Shown piece by piece: positions 11,401 through 20,659 of a DNA stretch of 64,000 bases (position 1 is the stretch's first letter; every line of letters starts with the position of its first letter). A program made the position numbers and the translations under genes. Source of the stretch: Macrostomum lignano (lineage: Eukaryota); NCBI GenBank assembly GCA_002269645.1, contig NIVC01000299.1, forward strand, positions 268,598 through 332,597. Direction: 5' to 3'. The notes under the pieces were generated by a model. The model saw only the letters and a program-made list of their open reading frames with translations. It searched no databases and was not told the origin of the DNA.

Positions 11401-13083
11401 ATCTGGTGGAACAAGATGGGATCAGGGATCAGGGACTCTGAACTGGCTCAGTTTGTGGATCAGTGCCTGTTGAGCATCTCGCAGGAAAATGTTGAAGAAA
11501 GTTCAGTCTCAGTCTCTCCAAGGATCGCTCAGTCTCAGTTCACGGAGCAGCAATTGGAAGCGCTGGGAAGATGGAGACAGCATGAATTCTGGAGATGTTT
11601 GCCATCCGAGCGTGAAACCCAAGCGGCCATTGTGCAGCTCCATTGTTTCCCTGTGGCTGGAAAGAATGGGACAAATTGCAGACAGTCCCCATGTAGTGTG
11701 TGCATGGGTACACACAGCACTGCAGAAGCAGCTGAACTATCAAAAAGTTGTGTGGTTTTAATCCCGCTACGGAACTGGAAGGATTTTCCTGCTTGAGCCA
11801 GTGATTCCTCCCTTTAGGAACATTTCTAACAAATTGCTTCAAAGGCAAATTCGAATTTTTTACTAAAACTTTGTTAGTTTGCCAGTAGAACTCTGAAGCG
11901 CCTTCATGGCTATAATGACGAATTCGATATCTGAATTTGAAATTGAACATTTCGAGCGCCTGACTGGAATTTCTTGCCAGTCTCTTTTTTGATGGTTTTT
12001 AAAACAGTTTGAGAACCCGTGACTGCACCTCGGCCGATGCTTGCTTACTTTGCAGTTCGAAACAGGGTTGGACATTGTCAGCTAGTAACCAGCCGCTCGG
12101 GAAATTTTCCCATGCTAACACACTTTAGCTAACCTATGTACTATAACTAGCCTATGTACTTTAACTAGCCTATGTACTTTAACTAGCCTATGTACTATAA
12201 CTAGCCTATGTACTTTAACTAGCCTATGTACTTTAACTAACCTATGTACTTTAACTAGCCTATGTACTTTAACTAGCCTATGTACTTTGACTAGCCTATG
12301 TACTTTAACTAGCCTATGTACTTTAACTAGCCTATGTACTTTAACTAGCCTATGTACTTTAACTAGCCTATGTACTTTGACTAGCCTATGTACTTTAACT
12401 AGCCTATGTACTTTAACTAGCCTATGTACTTTAACTAGCCTATGTACTTTAACTAGCCTATGTACTTTAACTAGCCTATGTACTATATCCAATCCAGGGT
12501 GCATCGGCGAGTGTCCCGAGCCCGGGACCGCCTGCCCGCTCTGCTGCCTCTGGCTGACCGCCAGGCAGCCTCGCCGACCGCTGCCGGCCCGTCGCCAGCA
12601 GAGCTCCGCCATCGCGCCCTCCGCCGCCTGACGCTGGGCGTTCGCGAGCTCCGCAAGCTGCACCGCGCGCTGTTCGCCGCACACCGGCTGACCTTCATCA
12701 GCCTGCAGCCCGCGCTCGGCCGGGCCCGCGGCGCCCAGCTGGACCGGCTGGACCGCAGGCTGCGCGACTTCGCCGCCATCCGCCTGGCGGTGACCAAGGC
12801 CTACTCGGCGATGGCCATCCCGCCCGATCGGCCCAGCTTCGTCATGTCGGACTCGGCCACTTCGGAGCCTCTGGACGCTTACCTGGCCGCCCTGCTGCGA
12901 GCGGCGGGCGCAGCAGCCAGGCTGCCGGCCCAGGCCCGCTCGGTGGCGGCCGCGCACCCTTCAGCCACGGCCGGCTTGAAGAAGCTGACGCCCAACCTGC
13001 TGGCCGCGGCCGCCAAGGTGCGCCGCGCTGCTAGCAGAATGCGGCGCCGCCTGCGGCAGTTCAGAGCGATGCCGCGGAGCTGA
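2461..13083 (+). CDS. Multi-exon probable extracellular protein: two Cys-rich CPKP modules, a von Willebrand factor A domain, an unassigned alpha/beta segment and an Arg-rich helical C-terminus (5' end not located)
   Basis: Exons 2461-3357 (phase 1-1), 3973-4044 (1-1), 4795-5088 (1-1), 10369-10765 (1-2) and 12498-13083 (2-stop). All are GT-AG and phase-compatible (748 codons after the first 2 nt). vWA hallmarks: DLAFVIDSSDS (MIDAS DxSxS), STYTGDAL, VVVLVTDG, IVTIGVGD, ELEKVASDP. The vWA exon is certain; joining of the distal exons is inferred from phase only. Confidence 0.65.
4404..4597. repeat. 64-bp tandem triplication in intron
   Basis: GCTTGCAAAACAGG recurs at 4404, 4468 and 4532. Confidence 0.9.
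5300..6046 (-). mobile_element. Possible decayed Crypton/DUF3504-like tyrosine-recombinase transposon fragment (acidic ORF 5588-6043 plus disrupted downstream motifs)
   Basis: Intronless antisense ORF ending PLTVGDLDRIEIDSLPKTTLK, followed across stops and frameshifts by FLYQKG, EMRPK..EYK and RKALHSGALRF. These resemble, from memory, the N-terminal region of Crypton YRs. No catalytic motif seen. Confidence 0.3.
6317..6597. mobile_element. Foldback/MITE-like element with 80-bp inverted arms and a 121-bp spacer
   Basis: 6317-6396 (GATGAAAATCTGAAGCCG...GGCACAAGTTGTG) is the near-perfect reverse complement of 6518-6597. No clear TSD. Confidence 0.7.
6808..8010. mobile_element. Diverged copy of the dispersed element at 23271-23820 (inverted), interrupted by a 20-bp array
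   Basis: Shares the GCCCATTTGGGCTTAC terminus, CTATGGTAGCAAGGCTGGCACAGCGGCA, CATTCGGCAAA, TTTTCCAGAGCTCT and GATCACAAGCCAATGGCA with the reverse complement of the 23.3-23.8 kb copy. Confidence 0.75.
6911..7543. repeat. 20-bp minisatellite (CAATTTGGTCCAACAAGCAT), about 31 copies
   Basis: Direct periodicity. Confidence 0.95.
9111..9470 (-). mobile_element. tRNA-derived SINE, copy 1, with poly(A) tail and 10-bp TSD
   Basis: Minus-strand head GCCGTAGCCCAGCGGTAGCG (Pol III box A) and GGCTCGATTCC (box B, 9406-9416). A8 tail is the T run at 9112-9119. Direct repeat GGCTCTTGGG at 9101-9110 and 9471-9480. A homologous copy lies at 18086-18421. Confidence 0.85.
10030..10332. repeat. Degenerate (ATCCC/ATCCCG)n array ending just upstream of the acceptor at 10368
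   Basis: Direct periodicity. Confidence 0.9.
10815..11240. repeat. Degenerate G-rich ~17-bp array (CATGGGATGGGGTCTCT)
   Basis: Direct periodicity, decaying towards the 3' end. Confidence 0.85.
11416..11796 (+). mobile_element. Possible decayed BEL/Pao-type gag zinc-knuckle fragment
   Basis: LHCFPVAGKNGTNCRQSPCSVCMGTHST resembles the CF.C...GH...C...C..C.G.H motif of BEL/Pao gag, with residues missing. Motif resemblance only. Confidence 0.3.
12125..12485. repeat. 18-bp minisatellite (CTAGCCTATGTACTTTAA), about 20 copies, ending 12 nt before the acceptor at 12497
   Basis: Direct periodicity. Confidence 0.95.
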
Positions 13084-13987
13084 GGCTGCTGAAGGCCGGG
13101 ACACGGGAAATTCGGATGGGTGGGGCAGGCGAATCGATCCAAGGACTGCTGGAGCACTGGACTGGAATCCGAAACCACTTGACTCTTAGTTTGGGGCCAC
13201 TGAACAAGAAACTCAGAGCCGCTGTGCACCAAATTGAAATCCTTCGGTCTCCTGGATGCTTTCCAATGCCAAGACTTTGGGGTGCGAGTGTTTCTCTTCC
13301 AGTCCAGGTATCTGGTGGTCCCTGGCCAATTTTCGTAGCCAATTTGGCGACCTTTCTGACTTTCGCGCAGATCGGGGTTGTTTTTTTAGTATTAAAAAGT
13401 GTGAACTTTTACAAGACGGTGCAGAGAGAATGTGTTCCTTAATATTTAACCACTTACAGGGTTTTTGTATTCAATAAACTGTCCATTGAATTGTTAATTA
13501 ACCTCTCCAGACGTTATATATTTATTTTGTCTGAAAATTTGCTCTTATTTTGGTGCTCTTTATTCGAAACCAATTCGGCCGGCACACACGGCCGAACTTT
13601 CGGCCAGCCCACGCATTTTTCAGGAAAAAAAAACAATTTTAATCCGCGTGTCGTTGACGGTTTTTGCCTCGCCGTCACCGACACGGCTGTCAGCGGGGCC
13701 GGCGGGCGAAGTGAATTATTGATGACGCGGCGTGTGACAGAAACCCAGCGTCGATCTTTGCTCGACAGTTTTTGGTTGCCTTTCAGCGGGACTTTTCGGC
13801 TAACAAAATTAGCCAGCAGCTGGGTTGAAGGGGAGAACCGCGTTCAACATTTCGCGTTATGATAATTCGCGCTCAGAATTTAGAGTGAACGGAATTGCGG
13901 CGGCTCTGAACTCCAAGTTTAAAATGTCGCTTACTGAAGGGTGACTTCACCCTGGCGGCAGCACTGAACTGGGAGATCCGCATCACA

Positions 13988-14450
13988 CCCATCAAGAGGC
14001 CGGGCGTCCATCCAAGAGACAGTGGTGCGCTGCATCAAGAGACATTGGCGTCCACCGAGAGACAGGGGAGTCCATCGAGATACAGGGTCGTCCATAAAGA
14101 GACAGTGGCGTCCATCAAGAGACAGGGTCGTTCGTCAAAAGACAGTGTTGTCCATCAAGAGATATTGGCGTCCACCGAAAGACAGGGGAGCCCATCAAGA
14201 GACAGGCGTCCATCAAGATACAGTGTCGTCCATTAAGATACAGGGTCGCCCATCAAGAGACAGTGGCGTCCACCGAGAGACAGAAGAGCCCATCAAGAGA
14301 CAGGCGTCCATCAAGATACAGTGTCGTCCATTAAGATACAGGGTCGCCCATCAAGAGACAGTGGCGTCCACCGAAAGACAGGGGAGCCCATCAAGAGACA
14401 GTGGCGTCCATCAAGAGACAAAGGCGGTCACCAAGACACCCAATATTGGC
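13988..14450. repeat. Degenerate ~21-bp tandem repeat (CCATCAAGAGACAG core)
   Basis: Recurrent CCATCAAGAGACAG; related in sequence to the 25.4-26.2 kb array. Confidence 0.8.
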
Positions 14451-14998
14451 AATCAATCAATATACCAATATACCCCCTTCAATACACGAGCTGGAACGCC
14501 TAGGTGCTATGCACTTTGATGTCACAGCTCGTTTCATCTCACTGCAGCCAATCAATATTTGGGTATTCGAGGTATCTCCTGCGTACGACACCTCTGCCTG
14601 CAAGTCGGGTGGCAACTCTACCGGATCGTATCGCCTTTTATCCTCTACCCATTCCACTCCATCTAGCTGAATTTCTGCACTTAGAGATGAAACGATAATT
14701 CACGGCTACATTATCGCGAGTTGCCCTGCCGTATGGAGGGATGGCATGCTGTAAATGAGCTGCTCTATTCCACAATTCATCTGTTGCATCTCTATCCACT
14801 AGCTGCATCGTTTTGCGTGCATACTTAGCGATGGGCTGGTCGGGAATTCTTATCTGACGAGCCCGATAATGAGCCCGAGATGTGTGGGGCGTTTAGGCTG
14901 TAGCAAATGGCACCGGATTGACACCCGATATCCATTTGTGCTCAGCCATAATAATTTGAGCCACACGCGCGCCATTGTGCGTCGTTCTTCGCGAAAAA

Positions 14999-15190
14999 TC
15001 AAGCTATAATGGCTGAATTCCTAAAGCTCCTGATGCTACCAACCTTAGTTTGCAGTGCGACTTTGAACAAATCAAGGCGACCGTTGATACGGCAAACCTC
15101 TGAAACGGATACGTAGGCAGGCACACGCTTACACAGCTCACACTGCAGTCCTGACTGCTTCATCCTCACGCATGTACACATTGCGCCTTG
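14999..15190 (-). mobile_element. Possible decayed PHD-finger (CR1/L2 ORF1-like) fragment
   Basis: CTCVRMKQSGLQCELCKRV resembles the C..C......SGIQCE.C..W.H PHD motif of LINE ORF1 proteins, but the W/H/C residues are missing. Confidence 0.25.
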
Positions 15191-15278
15191 AAGGTTGGCT
15201 CTCGCCTGATCAATTGCGTAACAAGCTCCAGGCTAATTTTCCTGCACGAGCCCAAAATTAATGTTCTTTGACGTCATA

Positions 15279-15545
15279 GTCAGATGTGTCAGTGTCAGAT
15301 GTGTCAGAGCCAGATATGTCAGAGCCAGATGTGTCAGTGTCAGATGTGTGTCAGTGTCAGATGTGTCAGAGCCAGATATGTCAGAGCCAGATGTGTCAGA
15401 GCCAGATGTGTCAGAGCCAGATGTGTCAGAGCCAGATGTGTCAGAGTCAGATGTGTCAGAGCCAGATGTGTCAGAGCCAGATGTGTCAGAGCCAGATATG
15501 TCAGAGTCAGATGTGTCAGAGCCAGATGTGTCAGAGTCAGAGCCA
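15279..15545. repeat. 15-bp minisatellite (GTCAGAGCCAGATGT)
   Basis: Direct periodicity. Confidence 0.9.
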
Positions 15546-15654
15546 CTTTGCCCCCGCTCGCAACCTTTATACGTCCTCTGAAAGATAAAGAGTGGGATCA
15601 GGTATGCTCGTAATCCGTTGCGCACTAAGCGATTTTCATTTAGCATTCATGTCA

Positions 15655-16218
15655 GTCAAGAGTCAGATTGTCAGAGCCAGATCTGTCAAGAGTCAGATTG
15701 TCAGAGCCAGATCTGTCAAGAGTCAGATTGTCAGAGCCAGATCTGTCAAGAGTCAGATTGTCAGAGCCAGATCTGTCAAGAGTCAGATTGTCAGAGCCAG
15801 ATCTGTCAAGAGTCAGATTGTCAGAGCCAGATCTGTCAAGAGTCAGATTGTCAGAGCCAGATCTGTCAAGAGTCAGATTGTCAGAGCCAGATCTGTCAAG
15901 AGTCAGATTGTCAGAGCCAGATCTGTCAAGAGTCAGATTGTCAGAGCCAGATCTGTCAAGAGTCAGATTGTCAGAGCCAGATCTGTCAAGAGTCAGATTG
16001 TCAGAGCCAGATCTGTCAAGAGTCAGATTGTCAGAGCCAGATCTGTCAAGAGTCAGATTGTCAGAGCCAGATCTGTCAAGAGTCAGATTGTCAGAGCCAG
16101 ATCTGTCAAGAGTCAGATTGTCAGAGCCAGATCTGTCAAGAGTCAGATTGTCAGAGCCAGATCTGTCAAGAGTCAGATTGTCAGAGCCAGATCTGTCAAG
16201 AGTCAGATTGTCAGAGTC
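15655..16218. repeat. Homogeneous 30-bp minisatellite (GTCAAGAGTCAGATTGTCAGAGCCAGATCT), about 19 copies
   Basis: Direct periodicity; a dimer of two diverged 15-bp halves. Confidence 0.95.
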
Positions 16219-16701
16219 AACCTTTGTGGGTCCTCTGAAAGCTAAAGTTACTTGCACCAAGCGATTTTCATTTAGCCTCCCATTGTTCCTTTCTAAATAG
16301 TAAATATGAACAACAATAAAACGCGACAGAAAGACAGTTTGCGGGCATATTGCCATCAGTCTGCTGGCTAGAATCACTCGCCAAAGAGATTTATTGATTA
16401 CTTAGTTGCGGTGTATTAGATATTTATGCGATCGAGGACAGAGCATTTTTGGGACGTTTCGAACCACGAACTGATTAGTACAACAAGCAATTGGAATCAG
16501 TAAAGAGCGTCTGTGCTTCGGATAGTCCCAGTAGACAATCTCGCTACCGTAAGCCGCCTGCCTCTTCTTGCCGCCACTTTGATTGGTTTTTTTTCACGGG
16601 AGGGTCTTTGCAATGCGGGACTGGGATAACTTTGGGCTTGGTGCGGAGGAACTCTCGGGAATGACGTTGCAGGGCTTCAACTCGTTTGTTACAGGCCGGA
16701 T

Positions 16702-17241
16702 CTAGTCCGACTCGTCATCGATGGCGTCCATCGAGCCTCGCTTGCCTCCAAGCCTGGGGCTCTTGTAATAGGCCTTCTTGCCGAGACGAGGGCTGACGTA
16801 CCAGGCCTTCTTGCCGAGACGAGGGCTGACGTACCAGGCCTTCTTGCCGAGACGAGGGCTGACGTACCAGGCCTTCTTGCCGAGACGAGGGCTGACGTAC
16901 CAGGCCTTCTTGCCGAGGCGTGGGCTGACGTACCAGGCCTTCTTGCCGAGGCGTGGGCTGACGTACCAGGCCTTCTTGCCGAGGCGTGGGCTGACGTACC
17001 AGGCCTTCTTGCCGAGGCGTGGGCTGACGTACCAGGCCTTCTTGCCGAGACGAGGGCTGACGTACCAAGCCTTCTTTCCCAGCCTAGGACTGGCATAGTA
17101 GGCCCTCTTGTCGTCGCTGCTGTCAGCTGCTACACTTTTCTTGCTAGCATGACTGTCGTCATGCTCTTCTGCAGTTGCCATGACAACCAGAGCAGCCACG
17201 GCTAGAGCGGCAATGACGCTGCCTGTTCCGCAGAAACGCAT
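16702..17241 (-). CDS. Neuropeptide precursor (PRXamide type): AYYASPRLa, 9x AWYVSPRLa, AYYKSPRLGa
   Basis: 179-aa single-exon ORF with a hydrophobic signal peptide (MRFCGTGSVIAALAVAALVVMATA) and acidic spacers. Eleven peptides are each followed by a Gly amide donor and KK/KR dibasic sites. Differences between the AWYVSPRLG units are synonymous. AATAAA on the minus strand at 16390-16395. Confidence 0.93.
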   Translation of the reverse strand: MRFCGTGSVIAALAVAALVVMATAEEHDDSHASKKSVAADSSDDKRAYYASPRLGKKAWYVSPRLGKKAWYVSPRLGKKAWYVSPRLGKKAWYVSPRLGKKAWYVSPRLGKKAWYVSPRLGKKAWYVSPRLGKKAWYVSPRLGKKAWYVSPRLGKKAYYKSPRLGGKRGSMDAIDDESD

Positions 17242-18085
17242 CGCTGGTCTTCGTAGAATGAACGAGGTTGCTTTTTATTGTTCTGTAAAGGCAGCTTTGA
17301 ATCAGAGCTCTTTGTACAACCGAGCGCAGTAACTGAGTCGAAGCAAAAGTCGTGGCTCTGCAAGTTATACCCCTCTATATTCTCCCCAAGAACGAATGAG
17401 GATACAGAATGCCTCTGCTTCCATTGGTTTCTCAGTTTAAACGCTGCAGACGGAATGTCCACGCCAATCAGAGCTGGACTGACGGTCTCTCCGCTCACAC
17501 AATTAGCAGAAGACTCGAACATACAAATGGCAATTGCTGGTGATTTTAGAGGAAAATTTATGCAGGAAATTGAAACCATCAGCTAAAAGCTGGCTCATAT
17601 TACAGCTAGTGGCTTCGAGGGGTCAACGATAGGCCAGTCAATGTACAGCTGCAAGGAGTTTTCTTAGAAACAAAACGCCCAGCCCAATTTCTAGCAGTCC
17701 TTGAGTGCATCACGCTAGCAGTCTTCTTTACGAGCGTAGTCTGCTATCAGCGTGTTAGCTGTTGAAATAGCTTTCAATTCCTTCTGCTTCATTATCCGGT
17801 GCTCATTTTGTTAACCCCGAATTCGTTGCTACGGACACAAAATGTTCTGCTCAGGACTGTATTTACCTGACAGACATCCGCAGCTTCAAAAGCACCTAAG
17901 AGCTACTTTAAAAATCACCGTGAAAGCGACTATAAGACTGGGACTTATTGTAATCATAATGATTGCTGCAGGGACTGCACGTACACGCGAAATCGTCCCA
18001 CATCCAGCGCAGTGAGGCAATTGTGCTGACTTCTGAGCACTTGCAATTGCGCAGGTACTGTGTGAGCAGGCACGCACTCGTGCCA

Positions 18086-18421
18086 TTTTTTTATGAGAGG
18101 CAGGGGCTGTGCGCACCCTGGCGCACTTTAAGCGACATTGTCACACAACCGAGACCATTGCAAGAGGCATTACTGCCCATTCCGCCGACTCCCCTGAGCA
18201 GGCACACAAGCGCGCGGATACGTACGCAGTCACACAGGACTTTATATGTTGTTAGGCATGTAGACTTCACTGTGCCTTGGTGTGGTTGGGTCTCAAGGCC
18301 GCTAACTGCACAAGCAGAGCCAAGCTGAGAATCCAATTTAGCCCCAAATCAATGCGACTGCACTTGGAATCGAGCCTGGGCCGCTGGCAAATCCGAGCGC
18401 TGCGCAGACCGCTGGGCTACG
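18086..18421 (-). mobile_element. tRNA-derived SINE, copy 2
   Basis: Colinear with 9111-9470 (GCACCCTGGCGCACTTTAAGCGACAT; GGAATCGAGCCTGGG; CCGCTGGGCTACGGC). T7 run at 18086-18092. Imperfect TSD GCACTCG(T/C)GC at 18074-18083 and 18422-18431. Confidence 0.8.
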
Positions 18422-19351
18422 GCACTCGCGCTCACACAAAATGCGTCCTAGATCTGTTGAGCATTTTTAGCATTCTTTCATAGAAGTACTTTAGACAAAC
18501 TAAAGTACAAGCAAAGCGAATCCGTTGCCGAAAATTGTCTGCTGGAAAATGAAAGGCTGCAGTAATTGAAAACGATCGATTGTCAATCGCACTGCTTCAC
18601 AGGTGAGGATTGGAAATGACGCTGTGAGTCAATATTAAAAATAGTCTGCTCCAGAGATGTGGCGTGAAGCTCCAGTGCCAGCTGCTTTCATCTGCATGCA
18701 TGGAAATAACTGGTTGAGCACTTGACTCACTAACGAATTTTACAGGGCATTGGGAACCTTTTGTAGAATAGTGTTAGGGAAGGCAACGTGAGCAGACGTC
18801 TGGAGACTGACCCGAACTCCAGCTGCAGCACCCATGCCCTGAGTCCTCTCTAAGATCAAGAACTCTACCTACCAATGTGGTCTCTAGCTTGGATGAGTTG
18901 AAATTTTAAAATTGCTTTTCTATTTTTGTGACAAGTTTCCCCAGGAGAGGGCCGGCTTCAGTGATGAACTTCTCCCTAACTACTGCTGAAAACCAAACTG
19001 GAAGAAATTCTTTAGAATCGCAAATTTATTCTGCAACTTCATCATTTCACGTATTGCAAATATTTCTGCTTCGTGAATTAAATAGAAGAGCCTCTCCTCC
19101 AAAACACGGACTACTTATAGCAGTATTGATAGATCCTTTGTCTTATTTTTCCCATTACTTAACTTTTGCATAACAAATGCAGTTTTCAGGGCGTTTGCAA
19201 CTTAAAATAGAGGCTGGAGTCATGAACTTTAGTATCAAAATACAAAAGCAACTTCTAGTGGTCCTTGCAAATAATAATATTTTGAAGTTTATTCGGATTC
19301 TTGTGGATATAATTACGCCCTAAGAAGGTCCATGTAAAGTGAGTGAGTGAG

Positions 19352-19378
19352 TGAGTTAGTTTTTAGTTAGTTAGTTAA

Positions 19379-19473
<95 letters not shown>

Positions 19474-19474
19474 A

Positions 19475-19505
<31 letters not shown>

Positions 19506-19524
19506 ATTAATTAGTTAGTTAGTC

Positions 19525-19572
<48 letters not shown>

Positions 19573-19573
19573 C

Positions 19574-19609
<36 letters not shown>

Positions 19610-19622
19610 ATTAGTTAGTTAA

Positions 19623-19653
<31 letters not shown>

Positions 19654-19672
19654 ATTAATTAGTTAGTTAGTC

Positions 19673-19745
<73 letters not shown>

Positions 19746-19754
19746 ATTAATTAA

Positions 19755-19797
<43 letters not shown>

Positions 19798-19802
19798 ATT
19801 AA

Positions 19803-19861
<59 letters not shown>

Positions 19862-19862
19862 A

Positions 19863-19913
<51 letters not shown>

Positions 19914-19932
19914 ATTAATTAGTTAGTTAGTC

Positions 19933-19969
<37 letters not shown>

Positions 19970-19974
19970 ATTAA

Positions 19975-20037
<63 letters not shown>

Positions 20038-20046
20038 ATTAATTAA

Positions 20047-20101
<55 letters not shown>

Positions 20102-20106
20102 ATAAA

Positions 20107-20166
<60 letters not shown>

Positions 20167-20167
20167 C

Positions 20168-20218
<51 letters not shown>

Positions 20219-20219
20219 C

Positions 20220-20254
<35 letters not shown>

Positions 20255-20255
20255 C

Positions 20256-20298
<43 letters not shown>

Positions 20299-20300
20299 CT
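19352..20300. repeat. (TTAG)n microsatellite, about 950 bp
   Basis: Direct periodicity. Confidence 0.98.
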
Positions 20301-20659
20301 ACTTAGTTTTAGTTTTTTGAGAGTTATCTTCATTATGAACTTTTCCCTCTATTTGCGCTTGTAATATTCTTTCATGCTACTCCTCGCATTCCGTGAGTAG
20401 CTTATAAGGACATGCTTTTTTGCGAATGAATTGTTTACACAAAGAAAAATTTCGTAGAAAAGAGGGATATTTTAGCCAGGGCAGTCAATTAATAGCTGGT
20501 AATTAATTTTGTTAAAATCGAGTATTTTCTCTGTTGATTATGCCTTTGATATACTTTTCTTGACCGCTTTATTAAAAATTTGTAAACAAAAATCTGGAAA
20601 AATAATTTTCAGTAATCTGGGGAGAGCCTTGCATTGGGATTTTGTAGAATTAATCGGTG

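Noticed and set aside
14845-14880. CTGACGAG as a possible hammerhead ribozyme core (also CTGATGAG at about 60721)
   Set aside because: No stem II followed by GAAA and no closing stems I/III by eye. An Infernal search would be decisive.
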